A stretch of DNA of 64,000 bases from Mobula hypostoma (taxonomy: Eukaryota), in NCBI RefSeq assembly GCF_963921235.1, contig NC_086108.1, positions 108,068,001 through 108,132,000 of the forward strand. Direction: 5' to 3'. The translations under genes were made by a program, and so were the position numbers. The notes beneath the pieces were generated by a model. It worked only from the letters and a program-made list of their open reading frames with translations. It did no database searches and was not told the origin of the DNA. Positions 39,995 through 54,546 of this stretch are shown here, in pieces (position 1 is the first letter of the stretch; the number at the start of each line of letters is the position of its first letter).

Positions 39995-42217
39995 GGATTC
40001 AGTTTTCTAGAACAGTACAGTTCAGTCAACCGAATCGGCAGAGCATCAAATCTTGTGGCATGTGCCTGTCTGATTGATTGATAACCATCTCAGCTCCAGA
40101 TAAACAACAAAGAAGGCAAAGGCTCTTTGACAGCCTCTAGTCATTCGCTCTACCAGATTAAACCGGGTGTGGATCGAGTGCCAACTATTAGATGGTTCAA
40201 TTAGTCTTTTGCCCCAAGACCAAGGTCAGCTGACTATTTTACATATCAGGATGGTTACAGGCTTCGCCCTACCCGGTCACAGTTCACCATCTTTTGTGTC
40301 CTAATATGCGCTCCTGCATCATTTCTTCGCCAAAACAACGAGTCTCAAGGTTGTATATGGTATATAGACTGGAACTTTGAAAGGGTGGGAGCACCCAGCC
40401 CGTGGCGGTGGTGGGATTCCACCTCGGTCAGCCCACCCCAAACCTTCACTTTCATTACATCTTAATCTTCTCTTGAGAGAGTAATTTGTCCATTTACTGC
40501 CTGAGAAGCTGATTGACAGAGGTCCTCTTGTAATATTTAGGCATATCTGAAGGCTAACTTGAATTAAGAAGGCATGGTAAACTGGACTGGTAAATGGTAC
40601 TTGATGATTGGCATTGAGCTAGAATGAGGTACAACAGTAATAATGCAGAATAAAGTGCAACAGCTATTGAAAAAGTGCAGTGCAGGTTAACAGCTAAGGG
40701 CAAGATAGAAGAGACCAATGCACTGAGGTAGTGTTCATGGGTTCATTGTCCATTTATAAATCTGATGGTAGAGGGGAAGAAGCTGATCCTGAAACTTTGA
40801 CTGTGCGTCTTCAGGCTCCTGTACTTCCTTTCTGACGGTGGCAATGAGGAGAGAGCAGGTCCTGCATGAGGAGGGTCCTTCATAATTTTTGTCTTCGTGA
40901 GGCATCACATTTTGAAGATGTCCTCGGTGGTGGGGAGGCTTGTGCCCATGATGGAGCTGGCTGAGTTTACAACCCCCGGCACCCTTTTCTGATCCTGTGC
41001 CTTAGAGCCTCCGTGCTAGTTGGTGGTGCTCAGAATGCTTTGCACCGTACAGCTATAGAAATGTACTTCTCTGGATCAGCGTCACCCATGCCCTAGCCTA
41101 TGCGAGTATTGCTCTCGCCCCAGAGCTGATTTGTTGCTCTTTCTCAAGTCCTGGGACAGCCAGATGAACATATAATTACATCGCATGCGATTTATTTGAC
41201 TCTCTCATTCAGGAAACACTTAAACTGCTCTGTTGCAGCACTGATATAGGAATAGGCCTAGTTCCAATTCAAATATCCAGCCACCCTTGTGGTAGGGTTG
41301 ATATCAGATCACATGGCTGATGGGGGAAACTAAGGAGAGACTTCCACCTTCTGCAAACCGATGACACTGATGTTTGTTGAGACTGATAGGTCCCATTTAG
41401 TACTCTGGCTGTCTTCCAGCTCCCACCACCGTCCTCCCAACCATCAAAGCTCACGCTGACGCAATAGCTTCGTGATATTTTTAATGCATTATTGAATCTC
41501 CCAGGCTAGATTTTTGAAGGGACATTGAGACAGGATGAGAGATTTAAAGAAAACAGGTCTTAGATTTTCAGTACTGGCTGGAGTTTAGAAGAATGAGGGT
41601 AAGTCTCATGGAAACCTATTAAATTTTGAAGGCCAAGATACAGAGTGGTTGTGAAAAGGATGTTTTCTATTGTGGGGAAATCCAGGACCAGAAGACGCAG
41701 ATTCAGAATTGAAGGATGTTGCTTTAGAGCAGAGATGAGGAGGTATTTCTTTAGATGGAAGGTGGTGAATCTGTGGAATTCATTGCAAGGACGGTTGTGA
41801 AGGCCACACCACTGGGTATATTTAAAGTAGAGGTTGATAGGTTCTTGATTAATAAGGGTGGAGAAGGAAAGAGAATGGTGTTGAGAGGGAAAATAAATCA
41901 GCCATGATGGAATGGTGGAGCAGACTCGATGGGCTGAATGGCCGAATTCTGCTCCTGTGTCTTACGGTCTTATAGTCTTACTTTTAATCTGAACTCTTCC
42001 CTCCCCTGCCCCCCATTAGAGTTTATTCGTACAGGACTTCAACTCCAGCAGAGAATTCCTCCAGTGTTTGGCTGAGAGCCTGAAGGCAAGCGTTAATTTT
42101 ACTTAAGATTATCTTTATTTGTTACGCATCTCAAAATGTTCATTTTTAAATTTTAAATTTTATTTTAGCAATACAGTGGAGTGTGGGCAACCCCCGACAA
42201 ACCTAATTAACCCTAAC

Positions 42218-42410
42218 AAGAGAAAATCTACAGATGCTGGAAATCCAAGCATCACATGCAAAATGCTGGAGGAACTCAGCAGGCCAGGCAGCACCCACAG
42301 AAAAGAGTAAACAGTTGATGTTTCAGGCCAAGACCCTTCATCCGGTGAAGAAGGGTCTCGGCCCAAAACATTGATTATACTCTTTTCCATAGATGCTGCC
42401 TGGTCTGTTG
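42218..42410. mobile_element. Short Penelope-derived fold-back insertion in a SINE
   Basis: The arms meet at GACCCTTCATCCGGTGAAGAAGGGTC. 12-bp TSD ATTAACCCTAAC at 42206-42217 and 42411-42422. Confidence 0.8.
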
Positions 42411-42849
42411 ATTAACCCTAACCAATCAGGAGACAATTTACAATGACCAATTAATCTCCCCTGTATGTTATTTGGTCTGTGGGAGTAAACTGGTATTTGG
42501 AGTTCAATCACACCATCTGTAAGGAGTTTGTACATTCTCCCCATCAACCACGTGGGATTCCTCCAGATGCTCTAGTTTCCTCCTACTATCCAAAGATTGT
42601 GGGAAGAAACTAGTAGGTTAATTGTTCATTTTAAATTCTCCTCTGGTTAGGCTAGGGGTTGCTAGGGAGTGCGACTCAGTGGGCCTGTGGGCCTGTTCCG
42701 TGCTGGATCTCTGAATATATAACTATGCCCTCACAATTCCTCTGTTATATCTTTGCACTGTACTGTAAACTCACAGTTTTGTCAGGATCAGGAAGTTTAA
42801 GAAGCCTTCTTTTCTACATGGACATTCATTCCATCAGCAACGGTAGACA

Positions 42850-43098
42850 CAGGGGTTCCCAACCTTTTCCCATTGGAACACAGGCTATTGATGACCTCCC
42901 GTCTCCATCACCATCTGGTTGCTGGTGTGGCTGGAGTTCATCAATGTTTCTGCACAGGGATTGTCCTATACAGCTTCACCAGAGCCCTGTGGACCAACCT
43001 TACCCATTTCCACCTCTCACTATGGGGACGTAGGGTTTTATGCCATGGACAACTACCATTAACCCAGGGGTCCATTGATCCCAGCTTGGGAACCCCTG
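42850..43098. mobile_element. hAT (Charlie-like) MITE
   Basis: TIRs CAGGGGTTCCCAA / TTGGGAACCCCTG, with GTAGAC in both flanks (imperfect TSD). Confidence 0.8.
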
Positions 43099-46000
43099 GT
43101 AGACCACAGTGAGATTTTCATTTTCATAGATGGAGCTGGGCCCAGTAATTTGTGACAACCTTAAGACAAGTCATTGGTCTAATGCTTTTCCCACACCATT
43201 CCAGTGAGCACAGCAATGCAGGGCGTCAGTCTACTTGATCAATCTTCTGCCCACTAACCAGTAGTTTGTTTTCACAACCACCCAACAACGGTTAGTAGTC
43301 AGGGTGTCACAGTAGCGCAGAGGTTAGTACAGCACTTCACAGTGCAGGCAATGCGGGTTCAATTCCCGCCACTGCTTGTAAGGAGTTTGTATGTTCTCCC
43401 CGTGAACGTGTGGCTTTCCTCTGGGTTCTCTGGTTTCCTCCCAAAGATGGAAGGGTTGATAGGTTAATTGGGCATTGTAAATTATCCTGTGATTAGGCTA
43501 GGGTTAAATCGTGGGGATTGCTTGAAGGGCCACAAAGGCCTACTCCACACCAAACAGCAGTGGCTGACCCCAAACCAGGCTTCTGTGATCACCATGACGG
43601 CCAGACCAGCTTACGATCAAAACTGTGATCGTAAAACTTCCTTATGATCAAGGAAGGGGTGGAGGGTGGAGATTTAGTTAAGATTTAGGTTCCTTTAATA
43701 TCAGAGAATGTATATACATCCTGAAATTCGTATTCTTCACAGATAGGAGCAGCAGCTAATTAAAGTCCCTGTGCCCTGTTTTTTTTGGGGCCGCACAACA
43801 GGGCTGTTGTAGAGCTGCTGCTTCACAGTTCCACTGACCCTAGTTTAATCCTGACATCCGCCGCTGTCAGTTTGGAGTTTGCACGTTCCTGTTGTGACCA
43901 CATGGATTTCCTCTGGGGTAGAAGGTCGGGTGAGAGAATGAGCATGTAGTTATTGGGGGGGGGGGGGTGGATTGGAGAGAAGGTATAGAAGTTTTAAAAT
44001 AAGGTTGAAAGAGTACAGAGAACATTTTCAAGGATTTTGCCAGGCCCAGAGGTCCTGAGTTATAAGGAAAGACTGAATACATTTGGACTTTATTGCTTAG
44101 AACGTAAAATATTGAGGGGAGATTTGATAGAGGTACACAAAATTATGAGGAGTGTAGATAAGGTAAATGCAAGCAGACTTTTTCCACTGAGTTTGGGTGA
44201 GACTATAACCAGAAGTCATGGGTTAAGGGTGAAAGGTGAAAGGTTTAAGGGGAAGATGAGGGGAACTTCTTCATTCAGAGAGTCATGAGAGTGTGGAAGG
44301 AGCTGCCAGCGCAAGAGCCGAATGTGAGCTCGATTTCAAAGTTTAAGAGAAGTTTGGATAGGTACATTGGTGGGAGGGGCATGGGGCTATGGTCCTGGTG
44401 TAGTTCAATGGGAGAAAGCAATTTAAATGGTTTGGCATGGACTAGATGGGCCAAAGGGCCAGGTTCTGTGTTGTAATTTTCTATGACTCTAAAAGGGAAG
44501 GAGAGAAAGTGTGAGAAAGAGGAAGAGCATTGGGATATAGAAGAGAGAAAACATGGGGGATATAGACGATAGAAGAGTACAGGAGTAAAGAAATACAGAA
44601 AACAGGCAGGGTGGGTGTACAAGGGAGAGGGAAACAAACAGCAAAATAGTGAGTATTGGGATAGAGAAAAGAAGATAGAAGAGGGCAAGAATATGGAGAT
44701 GTAGAAGAGGAGACAAAGAGTACTTGGAAAGAGAATTCACATGGAATGTCAAAGTGACCAAGAGTGAGAGAGGGAAGAGGGAAAAGGGAAAAGGGATGCA
44801 TGGAAAGTGCACAAAAGCACGCAAGGAAATATAAAGCAAGAGACCATAAGAATGAGATCAAAGAGGGATTTTTCAACTGTAATTATTTCATTTTGGATTA
44901 TGAATACGTCAAATCAATTTGCAACCTGAATTTTGAAAAGGACCTGGAGATAATGATGTTGGCTACTTAAGTATTGATGAGAGCTTCAAAGATTTAAACT
45001 GTGAATGAAATAGTTAACGAATAACTCAGAGGCTTTCTGTGAACTGTTGGAAATTGAAATGCAGAATCTTTCCTTGGTGGAAAGCACAGGTCTGATGGGT
45101 ATTTGAGGGGGTCTAAGCCAACTTAGATGGTAATTGGAACTGGTTTATTATTGTCACATGCGCCGAGATACATAAGACCATAAAACATAGGGGAATATTA
45201 GGCCATTTTGTCTATCAAGTCTGCTCCACCATTCCATCATGGCTAATTTATTATCCATCTCAATCCCATTGCTCTGCCTTCTCCCTGTAACCTGTGACAC
45301 CCTGACTAATCAAGAACCTATCAACCTCCATTTTAAATATACCTAATTACTTGGCCTCCACAACCTCCTGAGGCAATGAAATCAACAGATTCACCACCCT
45401 CTGGAGAAAGAAATTCCTGTTTTAAAGGGACATCCTTGTATTCTGAGGCTGTGCCCTCTGGTCCTAGTCTCCCCCAGTATCGAAAACATTGTCTCCACGT
45501 AGTAGAGACAAGTATATTAGAAACGTTTAAGAAACTCCTAGATAGGCACATGGATGATACAAAATTGGACTGTTTGCTAGGAGGAAAGGATTAGATTGAT
45601 CTTAGAGTAGGTTAAAGCATCATGACCTGTACAGCGCTGGAGATTTCTACATTCTGTGTTCTATCTGTGCTCCATCACAATCTGCAGTCCCTGGCCAGGT
45701 TGTTCCATTGTATTTACAACACTAGATTCTGGGTCTCTCTGTAGCATAGTGGTTAGCACAATGCTATTACAGCTCAAGGGCGTCAGAGTTTGCAGTTCAG
45801 TTTGTAAGAAGTTTGTACGTTCTTCCTGTGACCACATGCATTTTTCCTCCGGGTGCTCTGGTTTCCTCCCACAGTCCAAAGATATGCCGATTAGTAGGTT
45901 GATTGGTCATTGTAAATTGTCCTGTGAATAGGCTGGTGGGAAATGGGTGAACAGCTGGCCTGCACAGCTCGTTGGGCCTGTAAGGCCTGTTCCCAACTGT

Positions 46001-46754
46001 ACAGCTAAATAAATAAAAATATTTCTATTCAAAAATGTGGAAAATTGCCCAGCAAAAGACAGCGTCAAACCAATTTGGTTAATTACCACCCAACCAATTA
46101 ACTTCTGCTGTTCAGCAAGGGTGCAGAAATTGTGTCAATAATGATATTGAGCAATACTTCAATACCAATAATTTGATCAGTAATGGTGCAAATGCTGGAT
46201 TCTGAAGCAGCACACAAAAGAGCTGGATGAACTCAGCAGGTCAGGCAGCAGCTGTGGAGGGACACACACAGAATGCTGGAGGAACTCAACATATCAGGCA
46301 ACATCTCTGGATGGGAATAAACAGTCAATGTTTCAAGTTGAGACCATTCATCCAGAGTGGAAAGAAAGGGGAGATGCCAAAATAAAAAGGTGGTGGAAGG
46401 GTTGAAGCTAGATTGTGATAGGTGAAGCCAAATAATTGAAGGAGCGGACGGTCACACAAAATGCTGGAGGAACTCATTGGGTATATTTAAAGCAGAAATT
46501 GATAGGTTCTTGACTAGTAATGGTATTAAAGATTACAGGAGTATAGGTTTGAGAGGGATAATAAATCAGCCATGGAATGACAGAGTAGACTTGAAGGGCC
46601 AAAGAGCTTAATTCTGCTCCTATGTCTAGTGGTCTTAGCAACTGGAGCAGTCTCTTGCGGTCACAGGGAGAATAGACAATCTCTTTACCAACAGTGGCGG
46701 AAATTGAACCCCCAAACTTTCAGCTGGCACTGTAAAGCATTACACTAGCCTCTT

Positions 46755-47455
46755 TGGAAGACTATACCTGCACTGCTGCCTGTCATTATTGATGGTGAGG
46801 ATGTGGATGTGCTGAAGACCTACAAGTACCTGGGGGTGCACCTGGATACAGATTTGAGTGGAGCGCCAACACAGAAGAGCCAGAGTCGCCTCTACTTCTT
46901 GAGGAGAATGAGGTCCTTTGGAGTATGAAGACCTCTCCTTCACAGGTACTACCAGTCTGTTGTCACCAGTACAATCTTCTATGAGATGGTGTGCTGGGGC
47001 AATGGCATCAACACAGGTGATGCCAACCAGCACAGTAAACTGATTAGAATGTCTGGCTCCATTTGGCTCCATTACAGGAGTCAAACTAGACACACCAGAG
47101 GCTGTGGTAGAACAAAGGACCCTATGAAAGATCCTGGCAGTTCTTGACGATGTTTCTCACCCTCTGCATACCACCTTGGCTAAACAGAGGAGCACTTTTG
47201 GTATTCGACTAAGACAACTGTGCTGCTCTAAAGAGCGCTATATGAGGTCATTCTTACCCTCGGCTATTAGGCTCTATAATGAGTCAGTCGGGGAAGTGAT
47301 GACCCCCATCCTGTTAGACTGTTTGGGGAAACTTATTTTTTTTATTTTTTCTTACTTCTCTCCTAATATTTGTATATTTGTATATCTGTGCATTTGTAAT
47401 GCTACTGTGACACTGCAATTTCCTTTGAGATCAATAAAGTATCTATCTATCCATC
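46755..47455 (+). mobile_element. Rex1-like LINE 3' fragment
   Basis: TYKYLGVHLD, SRLYFLRRMRSFGV, YYQSVVTSTIFY and ERYMRSFLPSAIRLYN, followed by AATAAA and a TATC tail. Confidence 0.8.
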
Positions 47456-49824
47456 TTTCTAGCCACTGCATTACCATGTTCCCAATCTTAGGAAAGTATG
47501 TGTCATTAAAACCCAAAATAAGTAACAGGAAGCCAACAGCTTTGAAGGAATTCGGGCCCACAGTTCTTCTATTGCCTCTGTCATTGCCTGGTTACACGAA
47601 GAAAGCATTTCGAACATGAGATTGATTTAGGAGCCTCTTGAACAATCAGGTCTCACTCATACACCACCACATCCACTTCGAGCGTTTGCTTGTTCTCCTA
47701 AAAATAGCTGTTTATATCCAGGCATACACCAGAGTTCCCAGCTTCTCAAAGATTCTTTTACATACTCATCCAAGTCCAATTTCATTGGTTTCTTTCTGCT
47801 TTTACAACCTCATGTCAATCAGAGGAACTTCAAAGTCAAGAGCTTGCTGAGAAATTGGTAAGACTACTGCTACAACCTGGTATCTCAAAGTTAAACTGAA
47901 AAGCGCCAACTTGCCTATTGTTCATACAGATCAAATCATTACACAGTGCATTGAGACTGAGGCTCTTTGTTGATCGTAGTCAGCCATTAATGTTGCATCC
48001 TAGCTGTCTCCATGATAGTATGCAAGCCAGGACAATACAATATCGAGAACGAGTTGTTGCCCATGCAGAAGCTCCCCTCTACACACAGGTGATGAATCCA
48101 AGGAACGGTAGAGACTGATACAGTTTGCCACCAGCGGCATCACAGGAGTTGCCGGTTAGTATTGAACTCAGCGTAGGACTGTCTTAGGGATTGCAGCTCC
48201 AGAATTTTCCTTGGGATTTACTCCCGAAGTCTTTTCCATGAGTGGGTATAGCCGCAAGGCAGCGGAGGTTTGAGATCAGAGTTTTCCATCTCCAAGGTGA
48301 GCTGCCAACCACAGCTAATGAGCCCCATCTGCCAGAAGCCCACTGGTTTTAAGGCACCTGTAACCCACCATTTTGCCCATTCTCCTGTCAGTAGAAATGG
48401 TTCCACCGGGCTTAGTAGCTAAACCACGCGTGAAGACCAGGAGCTGAACTTGGTTGAGAGAGGCTATACGAGGCACACACCATTGGGAGCATTTAGTAGC
48501 TATTGAGAACTTAAACACGTCACCACCCCAGCTTTGACAACCTTAAGGAACCACATTGGGACAATAAGGTGCAAGGTCATAATGATGTAGATTGTGAGCA
48601 CCAGTCTTTCTGTCAGTCAGATGGGGAACAGGTAGTGTAATGCTTCACAGCACCAACTATCACCGATTGGACTTTCGTTCCCACCACTCACTGTAAGGAG
48701 TTTGTACATTTGCCCCTGACCATGTGGGTTTCCCCCGGATGCTCCAGTTTCCGCACATATTCCAAGACATATGGATGGTTAGGATTAGTAAGTTGTGGGC
48801 ATGTTGGCAGCAGAAGCGTGGTGTCGCTTACAGGCTGCCGCCCATGCATCCTTGAGATGCCTTGATCATTGATGCAGATGACGCATTTCACTGTATGTTT
48901 CGATGTACCTTATTTCCCGTTACACCGCTGGCACGTAGGGCAGTGATGAATGTCCTCCATCTCTGTCTGTCCTGAGCCATCTTTACCATTGTGCCTCATT
49001 TCGGCCTCTACAGTTGCCTATAGTCTACTGCATTTCCTCCACCCTTCATGGGTCCAGTGAAGTGCTGTCGTGAGAATTATGTTGGCCTCTCTTCATACAT
49101 TCCAGAAACCAATTTTGATCCTTGTCTTGGCGGTGTTCAGGGTTTCCTTCATTGTGCCAAATTTTTCCTCTCAGTTTTTACTGCTCTCAGCCATGCAAGT
49201 CCCAGGTGGAGGCTCAGGAATACCATCACACGCAGAGAAAGGATTCTTCACTGCTGTTTCCATAACAATTTATTTTGACAAATCAGGGCTGTTCGGAGCT
49301 GAACTCCAGAACCTAAAGGACTGGTGGACCGTTCTCAGTCTGTCCTCTTACCCCTTGATCTGCTTGGCATGGGTGACCCTGCCAGGAAGCAATGCACAAG
49401 GCCCTGGCGCCAGCCGTCGTAGCTCTCTGGGTCATTGAGACACACAAGCCACCAAGCCACAGCAAGGTTGTGGTCCTCTTGCAGGATGTGGCAAATAAAG
49501 CTAATCTTTATCTTTTATCGTTAGCCCCCAGTGGTAGCGCAGAGAGGAGGAACAGTTAGGCCTGTACCTGCTCCTCCAGCCTTCTGTTCTTCATACTAAT
49601 GTGAACTGGAAGGAAATTTCTAGAAGCTTGCTGAGCATGCAGTCCTGTTGCTATGTTACAGAAAGGAGTCTGTGCGTCCTTTAAACGTGTCCCCTGCTCA
49701 TTGCAGCGTGGGGGCTTGTGAGCAGATACGCTGCGGCAGAGGCGATGGTGTTATGAACGGTTCACCTAGTGAGGGCATACGCTAAAATCTCCAGCTTGGT
49801 TTTGTGTCTTTAATTTGCAAAACG

Positions 49825-50458
49825 CATTCAGTGGTTACTTTATTAAGTCTCTCCGAAACCTAATAAAGTGTCTGCTGGACGTATATTAATAATCTGCTGC
49901 TGTAGCCCACCCACTTCAAGATTCATTGTGCTGTGCGTTCAGAGATGCTCTTCTGCATACCCTTGTTGTAACACCTGGTTATCTGAGTTACTATCATCTT
50001 CCTGTTAGCTCAAACATGTCTGGCCATTCTCCTCTGACCTCCCTTTCTTAACAAGGCATTGTCACCCACAGAACTATGCTCACTGGATTACTGTTTTTAT
50101 TTTTGTACCATTCCCTGTGAACTTTAGAGCACGGGTTCCCAACCTGGGGTCCATAGACAGTTAATGGTAAGGGTCCATGGCATTAAAAAAAGCATGAGAA
50201 CTCTTGCTCTTGGGACTGTTGTACATAAAAATGCCAGGAGATCAGCAGTTTCTGAGTTACTCAAACCACTCCATCTGGCACCAGCAATCATTCCACGGTC
50301 AAAGTCACTTCTTCCTAATTTGGTCTGAACAATAACTGAACCTCTTGACCATGTCTGCATGCTCTTATGCACTGAGTTGCTGCCACATGATTGGCTGATT
50401 TGATATTTGCATCAATACGCAGGTGCCCAAGTGTATCTAATAAAGTGGTCACTGAATG
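49825..50458 (-). mobile_element. Tc1-like DNA transposon, internally deleted
   Basis: TIRs CATTCAGTGGTTACTTTATTA / TAATAAAGTGGTCACTGAATG followed by TA. Transposase HTH remnant SDFDRGMIAGARWSGLSNSETADLL. Confidence 0.85.
50130..50206. mobile_element. Tiny degenerate hAT MITE nested in the Tc1 remnant
   Basis: CACGGGTTCCCAACC...GAGAACTCTTG. The flanks CTTTAGAG / CTCTTGGG resemble a duplicated CTCTAGAG. Confidence 0.6.
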
Positions 50459-53400
50459 TAAATCGGTAAGATTAAAAATGATTAATAAGTACCCAGCAAG
50501 GCATTATCTATAAGGGACCTTTTTTTTTCAAGGTAAGAATTGGTACTTTATAGATTGACTTTCTCTGAGATGTACAATGATCTGACTCTGAAGGTGATAA
50601 GGTTTAGGAGGAAGCCAAGTCTACTTTTCCTTAAAGCAATGATAAATTTAAGCACAGTGCAGTTTAACTCTTTATTCCTTGTTTAATTATGTGAATAAAT
50701 TCTTCAATGTGTACACCAGTGCTCTCAGGTGTGGCTACAGCTGTGTGGACTAACCATTGCTGTGAGCAGGAAACTTTCACACGGCCTGAAAACTGCAGCC
50801 CATTTGATTTTTTTTTGTAATATGCATACTATGAATATAGAATGAAAATCGAAAGATAGCATACTTTTGATGTTATTTATTAATTGAAGTGTGTAATGAA
50901 ATGCAGTGTAGCAAAGAAAATCTTCCGCCTTTTGTAAAATCTTTCTAGCTATATCCAATTCCAGCTTCACGCCAACAAAGACAAAAGTGTGTGGAAGCAT
51001 TTCTGTTATGGCATGGCCACGCACCTGCGCAGCTTAGAGGGATCAGTGGTGTGGATGGGGGAAATTAAGTGGGAACTGAACGTCAGAAGAACCGTCTTTT
51101 TACCTTCCCTCTGGTCTCACCTACCAACCGCCAGCTAGTACTCCCCCTCCCCCCTCCTCCTTAGTTTGGCTACCTCCCCCTTCCTTTCCAGTCCTGATGA
51201 AGTGTCTGGGCCAGAAATGCTGACTGTCTATTCCTCTCCATAGATGCTGCCTGACCTGCTGAGTTCCTTCAGCATTTTGTGTGTGTGTGTGTGTGTACTT
51301 AAGCTCAATAAAACTGACCAGCATTGGTATTCCATTCTTTTATAGATTAAGCTTAATCACTGGTTTCTGATGTACTACTATAAAATGGTCTTATGGTCTA
51401 AATTAAATCCTATATTGGAGAAACATCATCAAGAGACTGTGATGTCAAGCACCTTCGCTCCTTTCCCATCAGATGCCATCTTCTCCAGCCCTTTGCCTTT
51501 TCCAACTATCACCTCCCAGCTTATTACTTCATCCCCCTCCCCTACCCACCTGGCTTCACCTATCACCTACTAGCTTGTACTTCTTCCCCCCGCCCCACCT
51601 TCCTTTCCAGTCCCTACAAAGGGTCTCAGCCCAAAACAGCGAGTGTTTATTCCTCTCCATAGATGCAGCCTGACCTGCTGAGTTCCTCCAGCATTTTGTC
51701 TGTGTTTCACAGAAATGGTTTTTGAACATGAAATGTTATTGTGGGAGTGGGGGACTCTGGAAATTCAAGCCACACTCGCTCGTTGAGATGTGTGCTCCTT
51801 ATTTGGCTCGGAATTGACTACAAAGGCTGAAGGGTGCAGTTCCTTGATCTAATTTCTGCTATTAAGTAATTAAATGTGGTCCTGTAGCTCAAAGACGTCA
51901 CTGGGCGCAGAGCAAGGAAATGTACATCTCGATAAATGGCGTCTTACGTAATGGTGTGATTCTAGAGAAAACAGACAGCTTACTGGGAATGGACTCTGGA
52001 AAGCCGGCAAATTTTGCGTTTAATAGGTGATTTAGAAATTAGATTTATACAGCATGGAGTCAAGCCCTTCAGCCCAACTCGTCCATTCTGACCAATTTGG
52101 TCAGCTAGTCCCATTTGGACCTGTATTCCTCTAAACCTTGGAACTGCATGGTAGCCTAACTCTATTCGAGCACCAGAAACCTTGGCAGTGCCCGTAAGGA
52201 ATCTGCATGTTCTCACCACGACAGCGTGCATTTCCTCAGGTGCCCCACTTTCCTTCCAAATTCCAAAGACGTACGGGTTAGTATGTTCATTGGCCACATA
52301 GGTATAATTGGGTGGAAGAGCTCACTGGGCCAGAAGGGCTTGTTACCATGCTGTGTCTCAAAATTAAAAAAAACTATCCTATCTTTATACCTATCTGAGT
52401 ATCTTTTAAATACAAGAATAAAGAGGTATAGACAGAGTGGACAGCCAGAGACTCTTAGGCAAATGGATTACGGAGAAATGGAGGTCTATGTGGAAGGAAA
52501 GGGTTAGAATGATCTTGAGTAGTTTAAAGGGTTGGGGCAACATTCTGGGCTGAACGGCCTGTACTGTGCTGTAATGTTCTATGTTTTATGTTCTTAAGTC
52601 TTGTTATTGTACCTTCCTCAGCTTCCTAAGGCTCGTTCCATATACTCACCACTGTCTGCGTCAAGAGCTTGCCCCTCAGGTTCCTCCCAAACCTTTCCCC
52701 TCCTACCGTAAATCTGTGTCCTATATTTTTCAGTTTTATTTCCTGGGGTGGGGGGAAGAATTCTGGTCGTTTAAAGTCAAAAATGATTATACAGGAGTTT
52801 GGAACATTTAAAGTGACTACATTGAAAACGTAGCGGTTATTGCGACGCTAATACAGCTTGGGGTGTCAGAGCTCGGAGTTCAATTCCAATGTTCTCTGTG
52901 AGGTTTCTCTGTATGTCCTACCTGTGGAATGAGTGGATTGCCTCTGGGTCCTCTGGTTTCCTCCCACAGTCCAAAGACAGACCGGGTCGGTTAACTGGTC
53001 ATTGTAAATTGTCCTGTGATTAGGTTAGGGTTAAATCGGGCCTGTTGGAGGTTGCTATGTGGTGTGGCTCGAAGGGCCGGAAGGACCTGGTCAGTCTCGT
53101 ATCGCTAAATAAAGAAAAATAAGAGGAACTGAGTGAAATTAATTCAAATCATCTGTTGTGCATTATTCTCTTTACTGCTTCACATTTAGACACATCATTA
53201 AATCGGCAACATTCCTGTTTTGTGTTATTCAGTGCTTGCTGTGTTTCAGGGTGTCCTTGACAGCACAAGACATGGTATTGTACATGGTTTATCAGATGCA
53301 CAAGCCTGATTAACATCATCCGTTGGTCCTTATTTTCCGTCCTCTTCTCAATCTGTCCTGAAACTTCAAGGCAGATTTTTTTCTTGGGGTGCAGAGAAAA

Positions 53401-53461
53401 TTTACAAGTATTTTGGCGAGACTTGAGGACTTGAGTTATAGGGAGAGGTTGAATAGGTTAG

Positions 53462-53936
53462 TGTTATCGAAATGTTAAATAGGAAGTGTCACCAGTTAAT
53501 TTGTTCTACACCTTGCAATATTTAATTTATGCACTTGACTTTTTTTTATTTATAAATAATTCATTTGTAGATTTTATTCTTACTTTCCTAAGTTATTGTC
53601 TGTTTTGTGTTCTACTGTGCTTTACACCCTGGTCTGGAGAAACGTCTGGTTTGTTGGTATACATGTATATAGTTAAATGACGATAAACATGATTCGACCT
53701 GACTTAGGTTTTGTAACTCCAAATCATGAAACTAATTTAAAGGAAACCAAGGGAGCTAAGAGATAAATCTCTTAGTTCATTTTTACTTTAAGTGATGTGC
53801 GCACCTATGATGCGTGGTGTGATGACATACGGTATGCCATAACCACAATTAATTATTTAAACAAACAAAGAATGCTTAATCAAATAATATATATAGAATA
53901 TTACTCAAATATTACCAAAATATTAAATACACTACA
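53462..53936 (-). mobile_element. Probable solo LTR, itself interrupted, inside a CR1 fragment
   Basis: Begins TGT and ends ACA, flanked by GTTAG / TTTAG. CR1 sequence resumes after 53937. About 53470-53703 looks like a nested LINE tail. Confidence 0.55.
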
Positions 53937-54419
53937 TTTAGGACCTTATTCCCAAGAACGTAGAAGATTGAGGGGAGATTTGATAGAAGAGTATAAAATT
54001 ATGAGGTTGTGTGAGACTACAACCAGAGGTCATGGGTTGAGAGTGAAAGGTGAAATGTTTAAGGGAAACATGAGGGAGAACTTCTTCACTCAGAGGCTGG
54101 TGAGGGTGTGGAATGAGCTGCCAGCAGAAGGGGTGGATACAAGCTTGATTTCAACATTTAAGAGAAATTTGGATAGGTACAGGGGTGTGAGGGGTATGGA
54201 GGGCTATGGGTCGGGCCCAACACGTCATGATGTGTTTTTAATCAAATGCTCAAATGCCCCCCTACACTGCCCCCACAAGCTCTGGACGATGAGCTGCAAC
54301 ACAGCTGTAGTATTTACTTTTTCATCACTCAGTGTTCTTCTAACCTTCTGCCCATCGTGAGAATTGAATCGATGGGCAATAGGACCTGGTGTTCACACTG
54401 TGGACACATATACAGTGTG

Positions 54420-54433
54420 TACACACACACATA

Positions 54434-54473
<40 letters not shown>

Positions 54474-54509
54474 CGTGCACACACAGGTGTACACACACAC
54501 ACACACACG

Positions 54510-54543
<34 letters not shown>
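54420..54543. repeat. (CA)n microsatellite
   Basis: Directly visible. Confidence 0.95.

Positions 54544-54546
<3 letters not shown>

Noticed and set aside
43303..43375. tRNA-like sequences with A and B boxes
   Set aside because: They are SINE heads continuing into SINE bodies; no complete cloverleaf.
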